The notes under the pieces are model-generated. The model worked only from the letters and a program-made list of their open reading frames with translations, was not told where the DNA came from and ran no database searches. Positions 12,770-25,979 of a stretch of 64,000 nt of DNA are shown here, in pieces. Numbering within the stretch: position 1 is the first letter of the stretch; every line of letters begins with the position of its first letter. The stretch spans positions 68,634,001 to 68,698,000 of the forward strand of contig OZ024742.1 of the NCBI GenBank assembly GCA_964016885.1, given 5' to 3'. Source of the DNA: Eledone cirrhosa. Taxonomy: Eukaryota. Position numbers and translations under genes: made by a program.

Positions 12770-13932
12770 GTTGTTGAGGGAAGGGGTATGTTATTTTTGT
12801 TTTGTTTGTTTATGGTGGGTTTTATTGGTGTTTTTTTTTTGGGGGGGGGGGGGGGGGTTATTGTTAGGTTAGTTGTTGAGGTTTAGTGTTGGGGTTTATT
12901 GTTGCAGGGATTTGGTTGTTAAAGTAGTTATTGGGTTCAGGGATTTTGTTGTTAGGTTGGTCGTTAGGCTAGTTAATAGGTGTTAATTTGGGGGTTAGGC
13001 TCATTAGTATTTGTGATGGCATTAGGAGTTGGTGATTAGGCTCATTTGTAGGGGTTAGGGGTTGATATTGAGGTTAAGGGTTTTATTATTAGGCTAGTTG
13101 CTATAGGGTTTTCTTGTTAGGTGTTGGAGTTAAGGTTTGGTACTGAGGTTAGAGGTTTTCTGTTGTTGGGATTAGTGAGGGTTAATTGTTAGGGGTTGGT
13201 GTTGGGGCTAGGGTTCTGTTTATAGGGCTGGTTCAAAGACTAGTTTTAGTTTGTTCTTACGATTATTGTTAGTTAATGGTGTTTGGGTTGGTTGTTAGGG
13301 AATGTTAAGGGTTTTGTTTTTAGGATTGGTTATTATGGGTTTGTGTTTTTTTAAGGTTAGGGGTTTTGTTGTTAGAGGGTTGTGTTGTGTTAGGTTAGGG
13401 GTTTTGTTGTTAGAGTGTTGTGTTAGGTTAGGGGTTTTGTTGTTAGAGGGTTGGTTAGGTTAGGGGTTTTGTTGTTAAGGTAGTTGTTAGGGGATTGTGT
13501 TTGAGTTAGGGATTTTATTGTTAGGATTGGTGTTAGGGGATTCTAATGTGGTTGGGCGGCTTTGTTGTTAGAGTAGTTGTTGGGATTATTGCTAGAGTTA
13601 GGGATTTTGTTGTTGAGTATAATTTCTAGCGGTTGCTGGTGTTAGGGGTTGGAATTTTTCAGTGGTTAATGTTTTTGACAGGGTTATTTTTGATGGTTTA
13701 TTTAAGAGGCATTAGGGTCGGTTTCTTGTTATAGGAGCTTTTATTTAGGATATTTGTATATATTTGATTGCAAAGTTGTTTTTGCTTGTGGTGTATTTAA
13801 AGGTGTGTTTTTAAGGTATATGACTGTGTCAGGTGTGGGGACTGTGTAGAAAGTGGGAAGAATCTGTATATGAATGTGTAAAAATGTGTGAGTGTGTGTG
13901 TGGTGTAGTGTTGTGTTGTAGGTAGGTATAAA

Positions 13933-14012
<80 letters not shown>

Positions 14013-14460
14013 TAGGTGGGAGGTCAGATTTTGTGTGTTGTGTTTTGATGGGCTGTGATGGTAGTGGACAGGTGGTGATGGTGGTGGATGGGTGGTGATG
14101 GTGGTGGATGGGTGGTGGATAGGTGCTGATGGTTGTGGACAGGTTATGATGGTGGTGGGCAGGTTATGATGGTGGTGAACAGATGGTGATGATGGTGGAT
14201 GGGTGGTGATGGTAGTGTGCAAGTGCTGATGGTGTTGGGCAGGTCATGGTGAGCAGGTGAAGGTGGTGGATGGGTGGTGATGGTGGTGATAGTAGTGGGC
14301 AGATGGTGATAGTGGTGATGATGGTGGAGAGGTGGTGATGGGGGTTAATGGGTGATGATGGTGGTGGGTGTATGGTGTGTTTAAGGGATGATGGTGGTGA
14401 GTGTATGTGTTATGGAGTTAGTGATGATGAGGTTTAAGTGCAGGTGAAGGTGGTGATGTT
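12770..14460. repeat. G/T-rich low-complexity tract: G17 run, degenerate TTAGGG-like units, (GT)n, (GGTGAT)n
   Basis: Very few C on the + strand; ggttaggggttttgttgttagag unit four times at ~13355-13480. Confidence 0.85.
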
Positions 14461-14803
14461 GATGACTGTATGTCTGTGAATGTGGTGTCAGAATCTGGGG
14501 AGCTTATATTTGTGATGATGTGTGCATTGTTGTTGTTTAGCTCCAGGCCCAATTTGAATGAGCTGGTTTGTGACCAAAGGCATACCATTCATGACCATCC
14601 TGTCTTTTTGTTTATCAGGGACTATATTCAAAGACAGACTGTCCATACAGTGGGCTGTAAAATTGGGCAAAAAAATAATAAATACACACACTTCTGAAAA
14701 AGATATGAACAACAGGTTCACCTGACAGGTGATGCATGCCCAGGCGGTTTTAAAGTTCTGCACACTCTGATTATGTTGTCCATTGTGTCCCCTTTTTTTT
14801 TAA

Positions 14804-15013
14804 CCCTTTAGCATTTACATTACTCTATATTTACTATTGTATTTTCACAGTAAAAAAACGTCATTTCACATAATATCGAATCTATGAGATTTCGATATTA
14901 TTTATTTTGAGAACAATACCTTAACATAAGAATGAGCAGCTAGTTATGGCCGGTTTGAACAGAAAGAGATGAGAGAATTCTGGCCGGATATGGCCTGTTT
15001 AAATGCCAAAGGG
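14804..15013. mobile_element. piggyBac-like MITE (TTAA|CCCTTTAGCATT...AATGCCAAAGGG|TTAA)
   Basis: TTAA TSD and TIRs; same family at 31031-31228, 34205-34368 and 37868-38063. Confidence 0.85.
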
Positions 15014-16539
15014 TTAATACAGTAGGGTGTATTTTGAAGGAGATTTTGCTGCTATTTTGTTATGATGGTGTGATACACCTGCTTTGTATATCTGTAGAAA
15101 ATGAGGGTAAAACCCAAGGTATTCACCAGGCATAATTCCAAACTACCAACAAGAGACTACAACGAGACTCCTACACACAGTTCTCATGACAGCTCACTTC
15201 ATTTCTTATTTATAGAGTTTCACCTAGTCCACTTTTAGTTACATGAGGGTATTCAGGGTTGTTTCCCCACAACATATTTTTAACATGATGGGTGTCTCCA
15301 AAATGTACATATGAACATGGATACATACATATACACATGCAAACACACATATATGAATTGCTCTGTGAGGAATAAGTTCTCTTTTTTTTGTAGGATACAA
15401 TACTTACTTTACCTATCCCTAAATAGGTAAAGTTTACCCTACTGAGGGTTGAACTGTGAACAGCTTGCACAGAGTTACGGCCCTTGCCATTCTGAGTTCA
15501 AATCCCGCTGAGGTTAACTTTGCCTTTCATCCTTACGGGGTCGATAAAATAAAGTACCAGTAATGTACTGGGTAATTGCTGGCCTTGTGCCAATAGTAGA
15601 AACAATTATGTAGTTTACATTTAACCCTTGTGATTCAAAACTATTTTAAAGTGTTCATATCTATATTAAAACCTTCATTGTAATTTTAATATAAGAATTT
15701 TTTTTATTATGTTCTTAAACAAAAAGTTATTTTACTAAAACCCTTCAAATTCTTTATTATTTTCAACATGAACTAAATTACAACCTTTGTTTCCAGGCAA
15801 AGCAAATGTTAAATGATAAGAAATATGGTTATAAGAGGGTTAATAACATATATGAAATTTGTAATTCTCTCAAATGAAGTACTACATATACAAAAATAGG
15901 AGCCTCAATATAATCACTCAACATGCTAGAAATAGCAGCTAGATCTCCAAATTACAATCTAGTGTCTTTAAAGGAAGAAGGACACATTGGGTAACATATT
16001 CCTAACGATTCTTCCAAAGATAAGATTTTATTGGCTGGAATATCTTTGGTTGTAAATTCGCTTGATCAAAGCTGACATGGAACTAAACACCAACAGTAGT
16101 TAACAACAATAATAACAAAAAAAAAAGAGGAGGAGTTAATTGATATAGGGAAAGAAATAAGATGTTTAAATCTGATTAAATCTGTATTGATTATTTGTCT
16201 CTCTTAATTAGTTACTTTATTATATCATATTTTGTGAACAATAGTATTGTTGGTTACAAGTTTCCAACAGATCAGTCACTGATATATTAGTAGGCCAAGA
16301 GAAACAATGGGGAGTCTATGCAACTTGGGTCGAACGAATATCTCAAGAGACTTCATTTAAAAACACCAGTTTATAATTTTTTTCAGTGATGCGTACATCA
16401 TTTGCCGATATATATCACCAAATGATATACACATACATACATACATACATACATACATACATACATACATACATACATACATACATACATACATACACCC
16501 AAACACACACACACATTAACGTAAACAATATTGGTTCCC

Positions 16540-18540
16540 AAAAACAAAGACACCCACTTGGCAAAAAACTACCAACTTAATTGCATGCCAGAACCTAATG
16601 TATAAAATGTATACAGCCGGCCTGAAACTATTTCCCCTAGATCACTGTGACAATAATAACATCATCACAGATAAACAAGCAGCTGGAAGGAAAGGTGTTT
16701 GGGTATGTGCTGAACAACTCCTAATTAACAAAACCATGATGTCAGAGATGTGACAACTTAAGAGGAATATGGTTACCATCTGGCTGGACTACAGGAAAGT
16801 ATTCGATTCTGTTCCCCAGTCAGATGCTAGAGCCCTTCGACTCACTAAAGTCCCAGACACTATTATTAGAGCCATAGAAAACCTATCTTCTGATTGGGCT
16901 ACTATCCTAAAGTTAAATACAAGGAGACAGTCTCTCTGTGCTACTATTTATCCTGTCATTGAACCCCTTGCCCTTTTTGCTCAAGAAATGTGAAGGATAC
17001 ATAATTGACTCAGATGAGGACAGGAATACAAACCTAACCCATGACTTCTTTGTGGATGACCTGAAACTCTATGCCAAAAACTCTGACCTGGATACGATAT
17101 TCTTGAATAATATAGGAATGGAGTTTGGCCAGGACAAATGTTCATATATGATTGTAAAGCGAGGAAAAACTACAAGCCAATCTAGCAACATTTTTATCAA
17201 TGGCCTAACTGATTCCCCAATATCTGACAAGGACTGCTACAGATACCTAGGGATAGATAAGAATATATCTTATAATGGTATTTGTAACAAAGAACGTGTA
17301 ACCAGGGAATATTACACCCGATTAAGAAAAATATGGTTATCTGAAATCTCTGCACACAATGTTTTCTGTGCCTATCCTAATGCCGACATTCGGTATACTA
17401 GATTGGGTGATAGACGAAATCCGAGCCATTGATGTTAAAATCGAAAAATCTTGAACACCAGAAATTTCAACATCAACAGTGATATAGACCACCTCTACCT
17501 GAAATAAAGACAGGGAGGCAGAGGCCTAAAATCAGGCCAGGCAGCATTTGAATGTCGCATCATATCCCTCCAACAACATCTATGAACCATCTATTGAGCA
17601 AGTCTACCTACATGAGACAGATAAGATCATGAGAGGTGGAAAGAAACTCCTTGAGAAATACTCCCAGCATGATAATCAAAACCTCACACCCAGGGAAATT
17701 GCCCAACAATACCACGGTGAATCCATGGATGAAAAGCTGCATGCTTATCAGTAAAAAATCATGCATGAATATGTTGTCAGGAGACTAATATAGTTAAGCA
17801 AAGTAGTCTATCTTGGACCAACAACCATTATATTGGCTCCCACTTTGAATGATATGCTTTTGCAATCCAAGAACAGGAAACCAAAACAAAATACCTGATT
17901 CACAAAAGAGATAGGGATGCAGGCAAAGCATCTAGATGTGACAACAAATGCAGACTCTGCAGAATTAGCATCAAAGATGTCACCCATGTCAAAAGCAGCT
18001 GGCCAAAGATATCATGGTACTATCTACCTATGAGGCATGATGTAGTGGCCAAACTACTTTACAATACAACTCGTAGAAAAGATAGCCCTGACAATAAACA
18101 TATTAAAAGTTACAGCAATGTAAAAGATATATATATACATAATATGAAAGATTATTGGTGAAATGTTCCAGTAAAAGCCCTAATAAAATGCAAGCATAAC
18201 AGACCAGAGATAATGATATGGGACAGGGAAAAGAAGGCATGCACAGTAGTGGAAGTTAGCTGCCCAGCAGATGCTAATATAATATGAAAGATTAGCGAAA
18301 AGGAGAATATCTGTGCAGAACTAATGAGGAATCTGCAGATACTCCACCCTGACTATACCTTCAGATTTATACCTGTGGTTATTGGGGCTCTGGGATATGT
18401 TAGTAACTGCCTTTGTACAAATCTTGAGAAGCTGGGCTTCACAGAACCAGAAGAATACAACTAGTCAGGAAATTACAAGTATAATCCATTAATGGAACTA
18501 TAAAAATATGTAAAACATTCCAAAATTCTGCATGTAATAA
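16540..18540 (+). mobile_element. R4/Dong-clade non-LTR retrotransposon, degraded RT plus CCHC plus RLE, in gene A intron 2
   Basis: EQLLINK, WLDYRKVFDSVP, FFVDDLKLY, YRYLGI, AIQEQE, CRLC, RHD, KHNRPEI, VEVSCP, IPVVIGALG; many stops and frameshifts. Confidence 0.88.
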
Positions 18541-18769
18541 CTGCATATACACATGTATAGATACAAAACATGCATGTGTACATATATAACTCAAAGCATA
18601 CAGATCTACACATACAATAACATTCATACCTGCACACAAACATGCACACATGCATTAATGCAGACATACATATGTATTTACCTAGTTAATGTTGTCTAAA
18701 TTCCAATGAAAGACTCTTGTGTCTATGCTAGAAAACTGGCTCTCTCTCTCTATTGGTAAAAATTTATAA

Positions 18770-19148
18770 AGTCGATCAAATCGACCCCAGTATGTTACTG
18801 GTGTTTTATTTTATCGACCCCGTAAGGATGAAAGGCAAAGTTAACTTCGGTGGGATTTGAACTCAGACCATAAAGGGTTGTAACTCTATGCTGCAAAGCA
18901 TGGTGTCCGACTCTCTACCGATACTGCCAATCCACCGCCATTTTATAAATTTACTAAATAATTGTTTCTACTTTTGGCACAAGGCCAGCAATTACCCAGT
19001 GCGTGACTGGTACTTTATTTTATCGACCCCGTAAGGATGAAAGGCAAAGTTAACCTCGGCGGGATTTGAACTCAGAATCGCAAGGGCTGTAACTCTATGC
19101 GTCAAAGCATGGTGTCCGACCCTCTACCGATACTGCCAATCCACCGCC
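18770..19148 (-). mobile_element. Two tandem tRNA-SINE copies; the second flanked by a ~22-bp TSD
   Basis: ttttataaatttactaaataat at ~18941 and ~19150. Confidence 0.87.
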
Positions 19149-19875
19149 ATTTTATAAATTTACTAAATAATGAAACCAGAACATAAATATCTCATGATTC
19201 AAAGGATGAAAGCTTACACAAGAGACGACAACAGTTTCTTTTTTTCTTTATACGACAAAAAGTACCCAGCCCCACTGTAAATGTGGTTGGCATTAGGAAG
19301 GGCATCCGGCCATAGAAACTAAGCCCAAATCAGTTCTGTATGAGCAAGATACAGTCACCTTATCTGGCTTGTCTCACAACAGGACAACTCGTCTAACCCA
19401 TGGTAGATTGGGAAAAATGGACATTAGATGGTGATTTTGAAGATGATGAAGAAGGTAGCTGGTCAAAAATAACTCAAATTTAAGAGCAAGAGAGAACACG
19501 CATACATATGTATCAGTATCTGTATTTGATGAGTTCATTTTCTGACTCCCAAATTCCACTCACTGATATTGGACAATCCAAGGCTATGATAGAAGCTGTA
19601 GCAATTCCCACTGATGATATTATGTTGATGATTATTGTGCTGTTGGTAATAATAGTGTTGGTAGTGGCAGATATGGTGGCATTATTGTCTCTCGTTTTTA
19701 TCACTCTTGGATGACCTGGAAAGAGGCAGGAGCACTGACATGTCTCCTGACAATGTGATAAAAAAATTAATAATGATGCATATAAACACAACCAGAAAGA
19801 TCCATAACACACACTAAAAGCTATGTTAGTTTTACCTATCAGAAAAGTTCACTATTTTCTTTGATGTTTTTACAG

Positions 19876-19934
19876 GAGAGATACACCACAAGTGCGAGTG
19901 AGTGGAGCTATTCTGATTGGCTATTCTCTTACTG
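19876..19934 (+). CDS. TLCD4: TLCD4/TMEM56-like gene A, coding exon 3 (WRDTPQVRVSGAILIGYSLTD)
   Basis: tttttacag acceptor, G|GTAAGT donor; 59 nt; keeps frame; GY...D motif. Confidence 0.92.
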
Positions 19935-21474
19935 GTAAGTAATCTTGATTGGTTGTTCTATTCCTTATGCTATTTTCATTGATTGCTTGACTAACAGATT
20001 CATTATTTCTATTATAGCTGTGGGTGGAGATGGGACAGGATGTAGTGACTTGCAGTCGATATTGTATTTTATACAAAATCCTGTGCCTCACTGTGTTCTC
20101 ATGCCTCACTGTTGGATGTTAATTTGATATTGTGACTATCTGATACCATCATCATCATCATTGCCATCATTTTAGTCATCATTATTATCATAACTATCAT
20201 CTTGAACTAATGAAAGAGCCTCTTGTAGTCACTCAGCTTGCTAGAAATAGCAGACAAATATCCCTGAAATCTCACACTACCCTCTTTAGAAAGGATGAAA
20301 CATTTGTTAATATAGTTTAACATAGTTTAACATCTAAAAACAGACAGGATGATCGAGGATAGAACACCTTTGATCATAAGTTTGTTTGATCAGAGCTTAC
20401 CTGGGGCTAAATAACAACAGCCATCATTATCATGATCATGATCACAACCTTCACAAACACCTCCAACATGTTAATTGTAAACTTAGTACCATAATGTGCA
20501 TTAACACCATCACCATCATTATCATCACTACTACTGTAATGATCATGTTTATTGTGATTAGTACATTCATATTCTTGAATTTGGCATCATCATCATCTGT
20601 TTGATATTCATATTTCCTTGTAATCATGTTAGATGAAACTACCAAGCTGTATATCTCTATGTAATTTATTCTTGTGTCATCATACCTTAGTAGAACAGTA
20701 TTATCTGATCTACTCTAACTTACTTTACCTTTAGTCTCTTTCTAATGTTGGTTCCTTCCACCTGAAAGTTTCATCACCCTTTTTGATCTCATATGTATTT
20801 ATTTACTTTACATATCTAAATCAACAGTTATTTCTCTATGTCATTTCTTCTATATTCATTAAACAACATCATTTTTCTTGCATACATTAATCAATATCAT
20901 CCCTCTTTGTATATATTAGCTAATATCAGCTTTCCCTCATACATTAGTCAGTATCTTCTCTCATACATTAGCCAATATACTAAATTTCCTGTTGCTATCT
21001 CAACTGACTTTTATTGAATCTTCCTTTTAAATAAACATTATACATCCAAGAGATCATATTTAATTCAATCCCCACCTTCATTCACTGTTCATGTTTCACT
21101 GCCATACACCATTACAGATCTCAAACACACAATATTTAGAATCAAGCTGACATTGAGGTCCCACTTGTTCACTCGTCCTGCTAGAAATAGTAGCCAAATC
21201 TTCTAAAAATTACATCTTACTGTCTTTAAAAATGAATTCATTGGAATAATGTGGTCCTGGATTTCCTGCGTGTAATGTAAAACAGGATGTTCATAGAGGT
21301 CTGCTTGATCATAGTTGATCTGGGAGCTAAACAACAACAACAACCACATATAATTTTCTACATTCACTAACCACATATTTTACAACTAAACACCATTATA
21401 CATGTACATCATATATAGACCTTTGTATTCACTTTCCATGTTTCACTACTATTCACCATCACACATGCTACACA

Positions 21475-21766
21475 CAGGACTGGCACCAGACTATCTGGCA
21501 ACCTAGGCAAGGTCAGATTCTGGCGCCCACTCCCCCCAGGAAAATATAAATTTCAAAATTTATAAATAATAGATTTTTAAAAAAATGTTTTCAACATTTA
21601 TTTGTCCTTGTATGAAATAAACCAGGATAAAAATCGACCCTCAAAATAACTGAAATTTATCTATTTATTTAATTTTCAAAATTGTTGTTCATTTGGAGAA
21701 ATGTACCCCCTGATATCAGCGCCCTAAGCAGCTGCCTAGTTTACCTATATGGTAGCGCTGGCCCTG
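21475..21766. mobile_element. hAT-type MITE
   Basis: TIRs CAGGACTGGC / GCTGGCCCTG; 8-bp TSD gctacaca/cctacaca. Confidence 0.75.
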
Positions 21767-23263
21767 CCTACACACCTCACATATAGTCCTCTACATGCAT
21801 TGTCCCTATTTTACTATCATACATCTTCACACATAACATATAGTCTGCTATATTCACTACTCACATTTCTCTATAATCTTTTACATTAACATTGTAGGTG
21901 CCACGACAAAAATACACACAGTCTACACTGTAATGTGGCCGTGTAGGTAACACGGTAAAAACCTCCCAGTCTACACTGTAAATGTGGTTGGTGTTAGGAA
22001 GGGCATCCAGCCATAGAAAAGCTGCCAGATAGTCCTATATGAGCAAGACACGGTCACCCGACCAATCTTGCCTCAAGTGGGACAATTCCTGTCTAAACCC
22101 ATGCTAGCGTGGAAGATAGACGTTAAACGATGATGATGATGATTCTCTGTTCATATTTCTATAGTCTTCTACACTTGCTATCCCATGTTTCACTACCATA
22201 CACCATCACACATCTTACACTCTTAATATAATTCTCTATATTCACAGACCATGTTTCATCACCCTATCTTTCACACCATATTATGCCCATCCTTATGTAT
22301 ATGTTAGTATATATCTGCATATGTGTTTGTGTAGACATTTATTTACAACTATATCATTATGTTGATAGCACAGAGCTATGTATACTAATTACATGTATAA
22401 TGTGCATGTATGTATAACAAATAAATCTAAAATTAATTTTTAATAATCAATATATACACCCAAATACTCTTGTATATGGAAATACACCAATGTATGATGC
22501 ATATTATTTTCTAGGTAGAAAATTAGAGTGATGATGATAATATATATATCATCACCATCATTTAACTTCTTTACTAGCAGGGGTTGGACAGGTCAACAAA
22601 GACCAAGTCAGTACTTAATTGGAGCCACAGATCTCTCAAATAGACCAGAAGCTGCATCTCACTTACATATGTTCCTGCACTTAACAGAGTACACCAGGTG
22701 TTTTGGCATGGTATCGACAACTTGCTCTTCTTATCATCACCACCATACGAGTGTTACTGGCACCAGCACTTTCGCTTGACAGATTGCATTGGATGAGATT
22801 TATCATGGAACTACACATACACGCACACACATATATTGCTGGTGCCATGATAAAATGCACCCAGTACACTCTATAAAGAGGTTGGCATTGGGAAGGGTAT
22901 GCAGTTATAGAAACAATGCCAAAACATGGAACATGTGAACAAGCCATGATTATTCAACTTTGTTTTATCTTGAACTGTAACAACCTGACCAACCCATATC
23001 AACATGGAAAATGGTTGTAAAATGATGATGATGTGTATATACAGTTTGGAATAAGTACATCTTATTCCTACATGTCATATCAGGTGAGGTATACAACTGT
23101 AAAACATTGCACCTCAAATAGGACCCCATGTTGTGTGTGATGCCTGTTATGAGGCCTGTAAAGCTAATTTCTGCTTTATCAGAATAAATAGCTTTAAAAT
23201 ACTTGTTGTATGTATATGTATGTGTGTATGTTATATACATGTTCTCTCAATTCTATATTTCAG

Positions 23264-23358
23264 ACTCGCTAGTAATGGCTATGCACTATGACAAAATAGG
23301 TGAAATATTCTATTTTATGCACCATGCATCTGCAGCATATGCATTTTTCTATGTTGCT
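23264..23358 (+). CDS. TLCD4: TLCD4/TMEM56-like gene A, coding exon 4 (DSLVMAMHYDKIGEIFYFMHHASAAYAFFYVA)
   Basis: atttcag acceptor, GTAAGT donor; 95 nt; contains the TLC-domain HH motif. Confidence 0.94.
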
Positions 23359-23846
23359 GTAAGTATTTTGGACAATTTCTTATCATTTATCTATATTCAT
23401 GTAATATTGATTTCTAATTTAAGCATAATGCCAGCAAATTTTGGGGGAACGACAAAGCTGATTAAATCAGCCCCAATACTTGATTGGTACTTTATTTTAT
23501 TGACCCTGGAAAGATGTAAGGCAAATATTCCTGTAATATTATTATTTGTACAATCTCTTGCTACGACCTGGGGCAAGAGATGCTGAGTGAGTGGTTGTTT
23601 TCACTATAGAGGATAGGGATGCCATAATAGTACCTTCTTTACAGACACATACTTATATATATATAACTTTGTATTGAATATATATGAAGTGTAGAGCTAT
23701 GAAGTATAAAATAGATTAGGTGGATAAAGTATAGGTGCTGTTATTCATATTTAGACTGAAAGGGCTCTTCATACTATGTGTACAGTATTAATCAATACTA
23801 TTTTTTGAATTTCTGGAAGAGATGTTTCACCTGAAATATTAAAATA

Positions 23847-24029
23847 ATAATTGTTTCTATTTTTTGGCACAAGGCCACCAATTACCCAGTACATTACTGG
23901 TACTTTATTTTATCGACCCCGTAAGGATGAAAGGCAAAGTTAACCTCGACAAACTCAAACCGTAAAGGGACGTAACTATACTGGAAAGCATGGCGTCCGA
24001 CCCTCTACTGATACTGCCAATCCACCGCC
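23847..24029 (-). mobile_element. tRNA-SINE copy
   Basis: Reverse complement of the main family. Confidence 0.85.
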
Positions 24030-24506
24030 CTATAGTGTCCAAAATAATAATAATAATGAAAATTATTGTGTAGCGTTCAGGTGCACTACAACTCATCAAA
24101 TGTGCATGTATAATGTTAAGATGTTTCTCTCATATATTTTTCTTATCATACCTAAACCTCTATGATGAAGGGCTATTTCTGTAGTGGTGGTGGGAGAGTG
24201 TGTGCAGAGGATTAAATCAACTCTAGTATTTGACTGCTGCTTATTTTTTTTAACAAACCTCAGCTAAATTGATATTTGTGAAATTTGAATTCAGACATAA
24301 CAAAATACTACAAGGCATTTTGTCATTTGCTCTGATGATTCTGCCAATCTACCAGTGTCGAAATAATAATGATAATATTAATTTCTAATTCAAGTACAAT
24401 CCCAGCAGTTTGGGGAGGGGGGAAAATCAATTTATCAACCCCAGTATTTGACTGAAATTTTATTCTAATAACAATGACACTATTGTTTTGTACTCTTCTC
24501 TTTCAG

Positions 24507-24580
24507 ATGTTTGGAGTTTTGCCATATTTCTCAAATTACAGATTACTATCAGAAATATCAACGCCGCTAGTTAACCAAAG
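24507..24580 (+). CDS. TLCD4: TLCD4/TMEM56-like gene A, coding exon 5 (MFGVLPYFSNYRLLSEISTPLVNQR)
   Basis: tctttcag acceptor, AG|GTTGGT donor; 74 nt; E.STP.VN.R TLC motif. Confidence 0.94.
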
Positions 24581-25979
24581 GTTGGTAGTTCAATCTCTTG
24601 CTACTATCTAAAGCCTGTGATGTTACAGCTGTCGTTTGTTGTTGTAGTTGTTAAGGTCAAAGTCAGTCGTAATCTAACAGACCTATGATAAAAGGAGCTA
24701 AGTGAGTTGTGATCCAGAAAATCAATGATCAAACATGTTCAATTTGTGACCATCTCATCTACATTTAGACATAGTCTATCTGGGAATACGTTATCCAGTG
24801 TATAGTATAGTAGAGTGACTGGCACCAGTAACTGAAGTTGTTGTCTAGTACATAGTATATATAGTCAGAGTGGGTGAGTAAAAACCATGACTCTTTTTAT
24901 ATTTTCAGCACCCTTAAGATTAGTGGGAGAAGGAGAGGTTAGCCTGAAACCAGTGACCAGACTCAAGTCTATGCAGTTCTGTGAACGCTGGTGGTGGTAG
25001 AGGCAGTGGTAATGGTGGAGGTTGTGGGGGTAAGCAGTGGTTGTAATAGTAGCAGTAGTAGTGGTGGTGATGATGGCAGTTGCTATAGTAGTAGCTCTGG
25101 TGGTGGTGGGGATTAGTTATAGTAGTAGTAGTAGTAGTAATTGTTGTGGTAGTAGCAGCAGCAACAGTAGCAATTTTTCTCTCAGCAACCTGCTCCATTA
25201 TTCCCACAGTATTGCCAACAGCAGGGAACCAGGAAGTGCATAAGAGAGGAAGTAAAGGAAGGGGAAGGAGGAGGAAGAAGAAAGAGAGCAAGTAATTTGA
25301 TAAACAAGCACCACACTATTGATGTATAATAGTGAACAACTCAATGCAGCGGTTCCACAGTTTGCTGCATCTTTTCAACACCAACAACAACAATATTCAT
25401 AACTGACACATTTTTGCTGTTATTGTTGTTTTGGTGCATAATAACTGTATGACATCATCATCATTATCATCATCATCGATTAACGTCTATCTTCCACACT
25501 AGCATGGGTTAGACAGGTCCCATTTAGAGGCAAGTTGGGTCAGGTAACCGTGTCTCGCTCATATAAGGGTGTTTCTGTCTGGTTTTCTACGGCTGGATGC
25601 CCTTCCTATAAAAAACAAATCATACACAAAACGCCAGCACATGCAGTTTTGCAAGAGATGTCAACATGAATGGACCTATTATTTTTATCTAAAGACATCC
25701 CGCCCATCCCCTTAATCTATTTTATTTCTCATTCTTTCTTCTGATGAAGGACTAGTGTCCAAAACGTTAAGACCCTCTTCCTGCTATATCAAGTGTTAAC
25801 CTAATATATACTTTCCATATACTGTACCGATTGTGTTGTTATTTCTGTTTACATTTTACATATATATATATATGTGTATCATCATCATCATCATCTTCGT
25901 TTAATGTCCATCTTCCATGCTAGCATGGGTTATATATATATATAGAGAGAGAGAGATGAGAAAGACATGGTCACCTGAC

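Noticed and set aside
18695-18745. Hammerhead-like motif in the 3' region of the R4/Dong element
   Set aside because: The core reads CCAATGA rather than CTGANGA and the stems are unconvincing
24920-25291. ORFs with poly-T/H/P/S runs
   Set aside because: (GTA)n/(GTG)n trinucleotide low-complexity DNA inside intron 5
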